DNA of 63,944 bases, counting the filler, from Octopus bimaculoides (Eukaryota): NCBI RefSeq assembly GCF_001194135.2. It is 4 parts of 4 records of this genome, joined end to end, with 100 filler letters (N's around TTAATTAATTAA, not from the genome) between each part and the next. Parts side by side here need not be neighbours in the genome. Positions count along the whole stretch, not along the records: positions 1 to 24,511 come from NC_069004.1; 3 more parts are not named here. One strand, given 5' to 3'. Positions 11,380 to 23,030 of this stretch are shown here, piece by piece. Positions within the stretch are counted from its first letter, which is position 1. The number at the start of each line of letters is the position of its first letter. The notes under the pieces are model-generated. The model was not told the origin of the DNA. It made no database searches and saw nothing but the letters and a program-made list of their open reading frames with translations. The translations under genes and the position numbers were made by a program.

Positions 11380-11695
11380 ATTTCAAATTTTGGCACAAGG
11401 CCAGCAATTTTGGCACAAGGACAGCAATTTTGGCACAAGGACAGCAATTTTGGCACAAGGACAGCAATTTTGGCACAAGGACAGCAATTTTGGCACAAGG
11501 CCAGCAATTTTGGCACAAGGCCAGCGGAGAGAGTAAGTCGATTAAATCGACCCCAGTGTTCAACTGGTACCTACTTTATCGACCCCCGAAAAGAGGAAAC
11601 GCAAAGTCGACCTCGGCGGAATTTGAACTCAGAACGTAGAGACGGGCAAAATACTGACAAACATTTTGCCCGACGTGTTAACGATTCTGTCAGAT
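11380..11695 (-). mobile_element. SINE family A whose 3' end is amplified into a tandem array
   Basis: Reverse-complement core gcaaagtcgacctcggcggaatttgaactcagaacgt. Confidence 0.85.
11386..11525. repeat. 20-bp minisatellite, 7 copies (aattttggcacaagg[c/a]cagc)
   Basis: Directly visible. No spacers. The unit equals the SINE A terminal sequence. Confidence 0.97.
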
Positions 11696-11968
11696 CGCAT
11701 ATATTTCCTGAAACTTCCTGACGGCGTTGATTATTTTTGTGCACTAATTCTATCCAACACAGAAGACCTTCGGTCAGTTGTCTCAGTCTTGCATTGAATC
11801 AGAATATCTTTCACACAGTCCTTAAATTGCAATTTTAGTTAATAGTATGGTCTCGTACCAGGTGTCATCATAAAGTATTTGTTTCAGGATTCTGCCGTTC
11901 TCTAATCGAATAGGATGACCTATCCAGCGGAGTCTGTAATTAAGAAGGTGCATTATGAATACATTATA

Positions 11969-12185
11969 AGGCGGCGAGCTGGCAGAAACGTTAGCACGCC
12001 GGGCGAAATGCTTAGCGGTATTTCGTCTGCCGTTACGGTCGGAGTTCAAATTCCGCCGAGGTCGACTTTGCATTTCATACTTTCGGGGTCAATAAATTAA
12101 GTACCAGTTGCGTACTGGGGTCGATACAATCGACTGGCCCCCTCCTCAAAAAATTTCTGGCCTTGTGCCTAGACTAAAAATGATT
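11969..12185 (+). mobile_element. SINE family A, full length
   Basis: Head ggcggcgagctggcagaaacgttagcacgccgggcgaaatgcttagcgg, core domain, tail ggccttgtgcc. Confidence 0.9.
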
Positions 12186-12239
12186 TTGAAGTACTTCAGA
12201 ATCAGGCGTATGTGTATTCCATCGAACACCTAGAATATT

Positions 12240-12455
12240 GGTTTCAAATTTTGGCACGGGGCCATCAACTTTGTAGGAGGGGGTTAGTCGTTTACGTCGA
12301 CTCCAACGCTCAACTTGTACTTATTTTATCGACCCCAAAAGGATGAAAGGCAAAGTCGACTTCGGCAGAATTTGAACTCAGAGCATAAAGATGGACGAAA
12401 TGTTACTAAGTATTTTTCCAGGTGTGCAAACGATTTTATCAGCTCGCTACCTTGG
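12240..12455 (-). mobile_element. SINE family A, inverted relative to 11969-12185
   Basis: tttcaaattttggcac...aaggatgaaaggcaaagtcgacttcggcagaatttgaactc. Confidence 0.85.
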
Positions 12456-13154
12456 CATCGTTGGTGGAATCACCCCAGGACTCTGAGATGTCAGCTGTAG
12501 ACAACACATGTTTCACAAGAGTAAAACATTATCGTAAGAAAGCTAAAATTGCTACTGCGCTTGCGTGCGTGTGTGTGTGCGTGTGTGTGTGTGCATGCGC
12601 GTGTGTGAAGTGATCAAACAAATTTCATATAATAGACTGAAGAATATTCAATATAACAAATATTTTATATTGAGTAAAATTAATGAACAAGTCATTCATT
12701 CAACTTTGATGCGAATTAATACAACTCTTCTATGCGTCTGAATAACTTTGAAACTTCTAGTAATGTGAACTGACTGTACTCTATACTCGTAAATATTTAT
12801 GTGACGCTTGCAGCAAATTTCGCGATGTTGGTTATTCAAATTATCATTAAATGGTGCACCAGCATGACCGCAGCCACTTGGCTGAAACACATAAATAAAA
12901 AAAATACTACATTACATGTACTGAGTGCTTTTTCCTTCGTTTGTGTTATGTCTCAAGCTACTGCTATCTAGCACCTTCGGATGATCTCTACTCAACCGCT
13001 ACACGACTGCTACTCAACTGTCACTCAGCTCCTCTACCACGGCTAGACTACCTCTATTTATATGTCTTGGGCGATCCTACTTCTTCGCTTGGGGGCGTCG
13101 ACACAACAGTTTGTAGGGACAAATGTTCCCCAAACCATTTACACAGACAGACAG

Positions 13155-13191
13155 CTAGCTAGCTAGCTAGCTAGCTAGCTAGCTAGATAGC

Positions 13192-13239
<48 letters not shown>

Positions 13240-13365
13240 CAGACAGGTTTGTTGATGGGTGGTTAGGTTATTAATAGGCAAATAAACAGACGGACAGATA
13301 GATAGGCAAGCAGGCAGGTTGGCTGATGGGTGGGTAGGTTGACAGACGGACGGATAAATGGAGGA

Positions 13366-13414
<49 letters not shown>

Positions 13415-13460
13415 AAGATAGATAGATAGATAGGCAGATAGATAGAAAGACAGACAGACA
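13155..13460. repeat. Compound tetranucleotide microsatellite (AGCT)n/(GATA)n/(GACA)n
   Basis: Directly visible. Confidence 0.95.
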
Positions 13461-13899
13461 TGTAGGTGTGTGGGAGTATCTGGGAAAAGATGGACAGCTA
13501 CCCACGCTGAATCAGGGAACTGCACTCAATCTCGGACTGACCAAACTACCAAAATCTCGCCCTTATTCGAACCAGACCCATTCTCTGGGGTTATGTTAAC
13601 AGGTACGTCACACACACGGCTTCAAGAAGGATTTATGCAGCACGACCGTAATGATGTGTTTATAACTATGATAGACAGCGGATGATGTGAATCACATCGC
13701 AAATGCACTCAGCGAGACGAGACAGAGAGGAAGGGCACAAAAAGTGAAACGGATATGTATTAGATTTATAACAGCCATCAACAGCATCTACATTTCCACA
13801 ACCACCACCACTATCACCACCACTGCCACCACCACCACCACCACCATTACAAGCATTTTCACTTCAACAGTCCCCTTAGACGTAGGCATAGTCTTTGCA

Positions 13900-14450
13900 C
13901 TCACGTGCTTTCAGTCCCGTTGCGTGGCACCTTGGGTAAAGGACTTCTTCTATTGCTCCGGACCTAGCAATGCCTTGTGAGTGAATTTGGTAGACGGAAA
14001 CTATGTGGAAGCCTGACGTATATATATATATATGCATATATAGGTGTGTGTATTGTTATGTACATGCGTGTGTATCGTTGCGTTCGTGTTTGTTCCCACT
14101 CCACAATGAGACAACCGGTGTCGGTTTGCTTATGTTCCCCGTAACTTTGGCACTACTCTTCATTCAGTACGACAATCGTTTCAACTCACCCTAAAACTGT
14201 CCGTTAGGGATAGGATTTTGTGCATCGAATTCTGTTGCATCAATCTGTGCAGTTTGTGTCACATCACGTACATGCATAAATAGGGAATTGTTCCGTTAGA
14301 TTTCGGCAACAAAGACCCATAGAATAAGTTCCATAATTTTGTTAATATTTACTAAGCGGTGGGGTGGGGGTGATTTGTTCGACTAAATCCCTTGTAGGCA
14401 GAGCCCCAGTATGGTCGCAGTCAAATAATTGAAAAAGGAAAGCAAAAGAT
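13900..14450 (+). mobile_element. SINE family B, interrupted by about 150 bp of other sequence
   Basis: Head ttcagtcccgttgcgtggcaccttggg...gtgagtgaatttggtagacggaaact and tail cccagtatggtcgcagtcaaat. Confidence 0.65.
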
Positions 14451-14682
14451 AAAAAAGATATTTAGAATCCCCAACCACGGAAATCCTGGCCAGAAAACAT
14501 TCACCGTCTCGTTTATTGCATTATTATCTTTACTAATACCACTGTTACCACTATCGTATCTCCACCTTCTGCTGTATAATTACATCTTAGCTTGAAATAC
14601 AGTAACCATAGCAACCGATGATAACTGTATCTCGACCTATTGTTACTTCCTTAACAAACTGTTCCATTTACAAACGCATTTT

Positions 14683-14770
14683 CACACATATACTTACAGG
14701 TACGCACACATATACTTACAGGTACGCACACATATACTTACAGGTACGCGCACATATACTTACAGGTAAG
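14683..14770. repeat. 22-bp tandem repeat, 4 copies (cacacatatacttacaggtacg)
   Basis: Directly visible. Confidence 0.95.
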
Positions 14771-14869
14771 CACTCCTACATACATGTAGGAGCACCAAAT
14801 TCACACGCAGAGCATTGATCGGTCTAGGGCTGTAAAAGAAAACACTCGCCCAAATTGAGAGAAGACGCA

Positions 14870-15185
14870 TGACACGGTGGTTACAGCGTCGAGCCTTCAA
14901 TCATGAGGCAGTTAGTACGATTCTGGGACTGGGCTGTGTATTGTGTTCTTGAGCAAGACACTTTATTTCACATTGCTCCAGTTCACTCAACTATAGAAAT
15001 GAGTTGTGACGTCACTGGTGCCAAGCTGTATTGGCCTTTGCCTTTCCCTTGGATAACATCGGTGGTGTAGAGAGGGGAGTCTGGTTTGCATGGGCGACCA
15101 CTGGTCTTCCATGAACAATATCGTCTGGACTTTTGCTTCGGAGGGTAACTTTCTAGATGCAATCCTATGGTCATTCATGACCAAA
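14870..15185 (+). mobile_element. SINE family C-like element
   Basis: Shares ttgagcaagacactttatttcac and ctccag/ttcactc with 2770-3130. The 3' part differs. Confidence 0.6.
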
Positions 15186-15277
15186 GGGAGTGTTTGTCCT
15201 TTATGCACACACACCACATACGCACCACACACAAACTCGCACGCACACACGCACGCACACACGTGCACACGCCCAGC

Positions 15278-15699
15278 GATGTTTTCCTGGGGCTAAAACA
15301 ACAGTAACATCGTCCTTTATAGGACTGCCACATTCTGTTGGCGTATAAACTATTCGGTACTGCTGTATATCTCTCGCTCAGAGATTTAAAACAAATTGCT
15401 CTTCTCTATAAGAGATCAGCAACTGTGTGTCGCTTAAAGAATATATATAGTATTTGGGAGTGGAGAGAGCTTTCGTCACTGGCTTGTAGTTTTCTCACAC
15501 TGAGGACGGGTAGCTACTCAGAAACCTAGGTCTGTGGGTACCACGTAAGGATAGAGGTGGGAGCGATGACCTCTCTTGCAAATTACTATACGGCATGAAG
15601 TGTATGTCGATAGCCCGCTGGTAAAGATGTTTTCCAGGGGCTAAAACAACAGTAACATCGTCCTTTATAGGACTTCCACATTCTCTTGGCATATAAACT
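15278..15699. repeat. 74-bp direct repeat pair (15278-15351 and 15626-15699)
   Basis: gatgttttcc[t/a]ggggctaaaacaacagtaacatcgtcctttataggact...tataaact occurs twice with few mismatches. Confidence 0.95.
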
Positions 15700-15800
15700 T
15701 TACTATATATATATATAACAATGTAAAGTTGTAAGATACCGCACGAGTGGAAATATATATGAAAGAAGGATTGAAAATGCAATTTTAAAGATGTTTATTC

Positions 15801-15842
15801 ACTTGACCGGTTTCACTTTTTTAGAAAAAGATTGTCAAAAGT
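15801..15842 (-). ncRNA. Degenerate minimal hammerhead-like motif
   Basis: Minus strand: ACTT-TTGACAA-t cttttt cta aaaaag t-GAAACCGGTC-AAGT, followed by AATAAA. The core has two transitions relative to CTGANGA. Confidence 0.35.
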
Positions 15843-16229
15843 AAAATATAGAGCGTTATATAAGCTTTGTAGTGTTAAGTACAGGTTGTCACAAAAGTAT
15901 TAAAATACATATATACATTTTCTGATATATATATATACATATATACATACATATATATATATAACAGTCCACATGATTGCAAAGCGTGCTTCTTAACCAC
16001 ACAGCCATGCCAACGTCTCAAAAGAGATAAAAAATTAAAGAAACATTTTATTAATCACTGTGAAGAAGGACAAAAATAAGTCTTATCTATTTAAGGATAA
16101 AAATAGTAAGATTTAATCCGTGTTTTATTATCTGTTATTAGCAGTTATATTAAATCTAGGTTGACAATTTCATTTGCCCTGTAACCATTGTATTCGTAAT
16201 ATACAAGTACATACATACATGCATATATG

Positions 16230-16625
16230 CATAAGCTTGCTTCCCAACCACATGGTTTCGGTTTCAGTCCCACTGCGTGGCACCCTCGGCAGGTGTCTTT
16301 TACTGTAGCCTCGGGCCGACCAAGGCCTTGTGAGTGGATTTCGTAGACGGAAACTGAAAGGCCCGGGGATGTAAATACGCTAACATCGGTTGCCAGGTGA
16401 GGTGGGGGCAAATATACGTACACACACACAAAACTCATATACAAACACACATATGTGCGTGTGTGTGTGTATACGATGCCCCTCTTTCAGTTTCCATGTA
16501 CCAAATCCACTCACAAGACTTTGGTCGGCTATAGTAGAAGACACTTGCACGAGGTGCCACGCGGTGGGACTGAACCCGGAACCATGTGTTTGGGAAGCAA
16601 GCTTCTTACTACACTGCGTCACCTG
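16230..16625. mobile_element. Two inverted SINE family B heads (16230-16370 plus; 16480-16625 minus)
   Basis: gcttgcttcccaaccacatggtttcggtttcagtcccactgcgtggcacc and its reverse complement. Confidence 0.85.
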
Positions 16626-16727
16626 CACTTAATGTATGTGTGTGTGTTATGTATGTATGTACGTACGTATATCTGTATGTATGTATGCATATACACGTAT
16701 GTCTGTATATATACATACACACCCACA

Positions 16728-16781
<54 letters not shown>

Positions 16782-16877
16782 NNNNNNNNNNNNNNNNNNN
16801 NNNNNNNNNNNNNNNNNNNNNNNNNNNNNNNNNNNNNNNNNNNNNNNNNNNNNNNNNNNNNNNNNNNNNNNNNNNNG

Positions 16878-16908
<31 letters not shown>

Positions 16909-17336
16909 GTTATCACATAGACATATGTACACACACACACTTGTAATAACATTTCGTGACTTAACTGTTCATTGCTCAATGTTTCTCAGATATTAAAACA
17001 TGTCTGTCGAACTGAAGATAATTCCGAAGCAACAGAGAAGAGTATTCGTTCTTGCTTGTGTTAGAAATTCCAGTAAACATTCAATAAAATTCTTCGAAAA
17101 ATTTGAAAACCGTGAAACTAGCAAATAGGAAGTTTTGCTGTTAACAGCAGTATGAAAATTCATTGTTAACAGATACAGTGTTTTTTATTAGTTTTGCTTT
17201 TGTTTGGAGTTTTTTTGTTTTGTTTTTTTTGCAGGGTTTTTTGTGGGCGGGGTTGTATGACTAGTTTCTGTGGGAGATATAGACAACAGTTAAGCAGTCG
17301 AATAAGGAGAGACCGAGACCGTGCGAGTACCTTAAG

Positions 17337-17408
17337 GTGGTGCAGGGCAGTGAGAAAGGGGGCGCAGGGCAGTGAGAGAGGGTGGTGCAGGGCAGTGAGA
17401 GAGGGTGG
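17337..17408. repeat. About 23-bp G-rich tandem repeat, 3 copies (ggtggtgcagggcagtgagagag)
   Basis: Directly visible. Confidence 0.85.
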
Positions 17409-18510
17409 GAATGGCAAGTCATTTTCTCTTTATTTTTCAGGTTTTAATCACTGGAATGCGGTCATGCTGAGACAATGCCCTGAAGGGTATAGAAGGACAC
17501 AGGTTTTTTCTTTGCTTGTTTAGTAATTACTCTATCAGTCTTGTACCGACCCGCTAAGTTACGGGGACGTAAACAACACCTGATCTTGATGTTTCTTGAT
17601 AAAACTGAACAGGGTGTTGGAATATTTCCTGATCCTGAATCTGAAAGACTCTATATACTGAGTGAAACTTTTCTTGAAGTTATTGGCTTCAGTCTCGTGT
17701 TGTGCTGCAAGATACCGTCAGATTGTGAGAGGGTTGTTCAATAAACCACTACCTTGGAAACCAAATTGATTCCTGCAGTTACCAGTGAGTACGTACGATA
17801 AGTGCTGCATAGGATTATGCTTTTTACTTTCCATCATAGCTTGCAATGTTCTGTTATATTATCTTGACACGAGTAACGAATCTTAACAGTATGCACAACA
17901 AAAAGCTTATGGTATTTATGTGTATTTGAAATATAGCAACACATGAAGTATAAAATATTCCTGCTTACTTCTGTAGTGGCATCTAAATAAAACCAAAGAA
18001 TAAACCATGTTAGCTTCCTCTTCATAAATCTCTTCGAGGGTAGAGGTGGGAAATTCTCAATGTATACTAACTTCTCACGAAATCCACACTCTGCGCTAAC
18101 GCCGTGATGTAATGGGGCACTATATACAATCTTCACTTTAGAGATTCTATGGGGGATGCTACTTGTTAGCACTGAATTCTAAAGTAAGGTCCTACACTTT
18201 AACTTTAATTAGATTAGCGGTTGCATGTTTAAGCCAAATCCCTATTAAATTCTTCCAAAGACTATCCGTGGTGTTTGCATACCTAAAATTCCTACGCTAA
18301 CGCGCCTTTACTATTCTGAATACGCGGAAATGTGCGTCCTCTGATGGTTTTCAGACAAAATAATTCACCGAAATCTTAGATCTCAGCCCCGTGATAGTTT
18401 GCCAAAGAAACCTGTTACAAAAGATTACCTCCCTTCCTGCCTTTCTAGGAGCCATCAGGATATCACAACGACTTCATAGCATTCCACACATTCTATCTGT
18501 GGACTCGGTT

Positions 18511-18541
<31 letters not shown>

Positions 18542-19569
18542 NNNNNNNNNNNNNNNNNNNNNNNNNNNNNNNNNNNNNNNNNNNNNNNNNNNNNNNNNNN
18601 NNNNNNNNNNNNNNNNNNNNNNNNNNNNNNNNNNNNNNNNNNNNNNNNNNNNNNNNNNNNNNNNNNNNNNNNNNNNNNNNNNNNNNNNNNNNNNNNNNNN
18701 NNNNNNNNNNNNNNNNNNNNNNNNNNNNNNNNNNNNNNNNNNNNNNNNNNNNNNNNNNNNNNNNNNNNNNNNNNNNNNNNNNNNNNNNNNNNNNNNNNNN
18801 NNNNNNNNNNNNNNNNNNNNNNNNNNNNNNNNNNNNNNNNNNNNNNNNNNNNNNNNNNNNNNNNNNNNNNNNNNNNNNNNNNNNNNNNNNNNNNNNNNNN
18901 NNNNNNNNNNNNNNNNNNNNNNNNNNNNNNNNNNNNNNNNNNNNNNNNNNNNNNNNNNNNNNNNNNNNNNNNNNNNNNNNNNNNNNNNNNNNNNNNNNNN
19001 NNNNNNNNNNNNNNNNNNNNNNNNNNNNNNNNNNNNNNNNNNNNNNNNNNNNNNNNNNNNNNNNNNNNNNNNNNNNNNNNNNNNNNNNNNNNNNNNNNNN
19101 NNNNNNNNNNNNNNNNNNNNNNNNNNNNNNNNNNNNNNNNNNNNNNNNNNNNNNNNNNNNNNNNNNNNNNNNNNNNNNNNNNNNNNNNNNNNNNNNNNNN
19201 NNNNNNNNNNNNNNNNNNNNNNNNNNNNNNNNNNNNNNNNNNNNNNNNNNNNNNNNNNNNNNNNNNNNNNNNNNNNNNNNNNNNNNNNNNNNNNNNNNNN
19301 NNNNNNNNNNNNNNNNNNNNNNNNNNNNNNNNNNNNNNNNNNNNNNNNNNNNNNNNNNNNNNNNNNNNNNNNNNNNNNNNNNNNNNNNNNNNNNNNNNNN
19401 NNNNNNNNNNNNNNNNNNNNNNNNNNNNNNNNNNNNNNNNNNNNNNNNNNNNNNNNNNNNNNNNNNNNNNNNNNNNNNNNNNNNNNNNNNNNNNNNNNNN
19501 NNNNNNNNNNNNNNTACGCCATAATAAATATATTATCGAAATAACAAAAGTATACGAGGTAATCTTTTC

Positions 19570-19732
19570 TTCTTTTTTAAGTGTAGTGCTTTTTCTATTG
19601 TTTTGCCTTTTGCTGAGACGTAAACAAACCAACACAGTGGTCAAGTGGTAGCTGTGGGGGACAAACACACCCACGAAGATACAAACGCGTGCGCAAACAC
19701 ATATACATGTATATATATACACACACACACAC

Positions 19733-19783
<51 letters not shown>

Positions 19784-19878
19784 NNNNNNNNNNTTGGGCA
19801 AGTGTCTTCTACTATAGACTCGGGCCGACCAAAGCCTTGCGAGTGGATTTGGCAGACGGAAACTGAAAGATTGTCGTC

Positions 19879-19880
<2 letters not shown>
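19570..19880. mobile_element. SINE family B pieces (tail on minus 19570-19680; head on plus 19795-19880)
   Basis: ttgggcaagtgtcttctactatagactcgggccgaccaaagccttgcgagtggatttgg. Confidence 0.75.
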
Positions 19881-19958
<78 letters not shown>

Positions 19959-20069
19959 CAGTAAACATTATCAATATCACACACTTAATGTATATATGTT
20001 CGGAGCCCCGGTATTACATCTGGAAGAGATCTCTATAACTCTTTAGCATTCAGGTTACTCTGTTAAATG

Positions 20070-20297
20070 TAATGCAAATATTGGTTTCAAATTTTGCCAC
20101 AAGGGTAGCAGTTTTGGTGCAGGGGGTTAACCGATTACATTAACCCCAGAACTCAACTGGTACTTATTTTTACCACCCCGAAAGGATGAAAGGCAAAGTC
20201 AACCTCGGAAGAATTTGAACTCAGAACGTAAAGACGGACGAAATGCTGATAAGCGTTTTTGCCCGGATTGCTAACGATTCTGCCAGCTCGCTGCCTT
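20070..20297 (-). mobile_element. SINE family A
   Basis: ccccgaaaggatgaaaggcaaagtcaacctcggaagaatttgaactcagaacgtaaagacggacgaaatgc. Confidence 0.88.
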
Positions 20298-20424
20298 GTA
20301 ATATTTATATATTTTCCTTGTTCTCAATTAATTATGCATTACTCCAGAGTCGGCTGAAACGAAATCTCACCGAAGTGGAAACGAGAACTTTAGATACCAG
20401 TGTTTCGCAGTTTTTAATGCTTAC

Positions 20425-20550
20425 AACAGTTTCCTCCTACCAAATCCATTCACAATACTTTGGTTGGCCGAGTCTGTAGTAGAAAACACTTGACCAAGGT
20501 GCCACGGAGTGGGATTGAATCTGGAACCATGTGGTTGGCAAACAAACATA
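20425..20550 (-). mobile_element. SINE family B head
   Basis: ctaccaaatccattcacaatactttggttggccgag...caaggtgccacggagtgggattgaatctggaaccatgtggttgg. Confidence 0.8.
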
Positions 20551-21070
20551 TAAGCACAAAGCCAGTCTGCACCAGGAGAATATAAAAATATTTCAGGCGT
20601 CAACTATGAGACAAATTTGTAAACAAGATCAGAGTCAACCGTCTTTGTAGTCCTTTGTGTAACAAATTTAACCCTTCAGTGTTGGTACCTTGCAAACATA
20701 CAGAGCTAATTGTATGTAAAAGTGAGTGTTTCTATAGAAACCTATTTGAAATTTGTCATGCACTAATTGCTTCAACCTGCTTCTCCGTTTGTATTTGTAT
20801 ATTTTATAGAATGACTAAAGTTTTCAATATAGAAATATACAGAGCGACTCAGGATTGGCTTTAGCATTGTACATACTCACACAGAGACACACACATACAC
20901 GCAAAAGGAGACACACACACACGCAGACAGATATACATATATATGTGGTGGGGTTGTGTATATGGATGTATAATATATAAAATCTAAAGGTTGATATATA
21001 TATATATAAGTATATGTAAAGGAGGCACGTTTCACTGAGACACGTACATATATAAAAACACTATGTACAT

Positions 21071-21101
<31 letters not shown>

Positions 21102-21747
21102 CTATATATATGTGTGTGTGTGTGTATATGTGTGAATGCAAGTGTGTATATGTGTGAATGCATGTGTGTATGTGTGTGTGAGTATGTGTATTTGTATGTA
21201 AGCAGGTCTGATGCGTGTGAGTGTGCAAGCGAATGCGTGAGTGACAAAGGGAATGAGTGAGTGACAAAAGGGAATGAGTGAGTGAATGAATGTTTTTTAT
21301 TTTTATCTTATTCTCCCCTCTTGCAAGCTATTTAACAACGAAACAGATAGCATCTAATTAACCGGCAAGGGTTCTACCTTTTTTTTTTTTTTTTCAAATT
21401 AACTGCTTCGTTTGATACAAATGCCCCTGGACAACGAATAACAAACGTGAAACACGGAAGACGCAAACGGTGTGGAATACGAGGGAATTGTTTCTGCTGT
21501 GAAGCGTAACCGAGATGGAGGGAATTCCGAGGGGAAACTACTTCACCTTACTCTTCATCGCTTTGTCAATTTAGAACGACAAGAATGCTACATTCCATAA
21601 CAGCATTCTTGTTTGTTAAACGCTGTCCATACATACCTGAATATGTGCAAACATACATGCATACACACGTAGAAACACGCACGTGTGTGTGTTTGTGTTC
21701 GAACACATGCTCGCAAGTACAACACACACACATATATGTATATATAC

Positions 21748-21809
<62 letters not shown>

Positions 21810-21815
<6 letters not shown>

Positions 21816-21960
21816 TAAGAAGCTTCCTTCCCAACCACATAGTTCCGGGTTCAGTCCCACAGCGTGGCACCTTGTGTCTTCTACTATAGCCTCGGGCCGA
21901 CCAAAGCCTCGTGAGTGGATTTGGTAGGCAGAAACTGAAAGAAGCCCGTCGTGTATATAT
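21810..21960 (+). mobile_element. SINE family B head running into (AT)n and a gap
   Basis: tgtggtaagaagcttccttcccaaccacatagttccgggttcagtccc...gaaactgaaagaagcccgtcg. Confidence 0.88.
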
Positions 21961-22837
21961 NNNNNNNNNNNNNNNNNNNNNNNNNNNNNNNNNNNNNNNN
22001 NNNNNNNNNNNNNNNNNNNNNNNNNNNNNNNNNNNNNNNNNNNNNNNNNNNNNNNNNNNNNNNNNNNNNNNNNNNNNNNNNNNNNNNNNNNNNNNNNNNN
22101 NNNNNNNNNNNNNNNNNNNNNNNNNNNNNNNNNNNNNNNNNNNNNNNNNNNNNNNNNNNNNNNNNNNNNNNNNNNNNNNNNNNNNNNNNNNNNNNNNNNN
22201 NNNNNNNNNNNNNNNNNNNNNNNNNNNNNNNNNNNNNNNNNNNNNNNNNNNNNNNNNNNNNNNNNNNNNNNNNNNNNNNNNNNNNNNNNNNNNNNNNNNN
22301 NNNNNNNNNNNNNNNNNNNNNNNNNNNNNNNNNNNNNNNNNNNNNNNNNNNNNNNNNNNNNNNNNNNNNNNNNNNNNNNNNNNNNNNNNNNNNNNNNNNN
22401 NNNNNNNNNNNNNNNNNNNNNNNNNNNNNNNNNNNNNNNNNNNNNNNNNNNNNNNNNNNNNNNNNNNNNNNNNNNNNNNNNNNNNNNNNNNNNNNNNNNN
22501 NNNNNNNNNNNNNNNNNNNNNNNNNNNNNNNNNNNNNNNNNNNNNNNNNNNNNNNNNNNNNNNATATATATATATGTATATGTATATATGTATATATATA
22601 TATACACGTACACACACACACACATATATACAGAGAGAAAGTGGGATAGCCACAGATATCAGCTCGCCTTGAATTTCTCTTACACCCACTCTTGATGCCG
22701 TAGACCTTGTCCTGGATGAAGAATTCAGCGTTTAAGTTCAATTCATTTGGGCACTACTGCGTATTTTCTATTCTGAGTATATCTAGCTCTCACCTATAAT
22801 GTATGTATGTATGTATGTATGTATGTATGTATGTATG

Positions 22838-23030
22838 ATAGATCGCTAGCCACTACACATTCTGTATTTTCTCTCCTTGTCTCTTTCTGTGTTCCTTTCT
22901 GTGGAAGAGCGTAGGCTCGAAACGTTAAAGATTTTTTCACTTCCCGAGCGTTAAACTAATACATCTGTTTGTTGTCTACAGCACCTGTCTTCGTCTTTTG
23001 TTTTTTAGCTTTGTGAATTCTCCCTATATA
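22838..23030 (+). mobile_element. Short repeat unit resembling a Penelope-like terminal segment, between microsatellites
   Basis: Carries the hammerhead-like motif at 22895-22930 and is flanked by (GTAT)n and (AT)n. The class is inferred. Confidence 0.4.
22895..22930 (+). ncRNA. Minimal type I hammerhead-like motif, variant core
   Basis: CTTT-CTGTGGA-A-GAGC gtag GCTC-GAA-ACGT-T-AAAG: helix I CTTT/AAAG, helix II GAGC/GCTC, palindromic helix III ACGT. The core has T at A6 and an extra A before helix II. Confidence 0.45.

Noticed and set aside
11386-11525. CRISPR-like array (also considered for the 42-bp array at 24612-24860)
   Set aside because: Contiguous tandem units with no spacers, no cas genes, and a eukaryotic context.
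11969-12065. tRNA gene (also the heads of other SINEs)
   Set aside because: These are tRNA-derived SINE heads continuing into SINE bodies. No complete cloverleaf was evident.
13470-13685. Possible coding exon with donor CAG|gtacgt
   Set aside because: No polypyrimidine acceptor (it is preceded by a GATA/GACA repeat) and no recognisable homology.
17834-18172. 112-aa minus-strand ORF
   Set aside because: No recognisable motifs or splice support. The length is within chance for this window.
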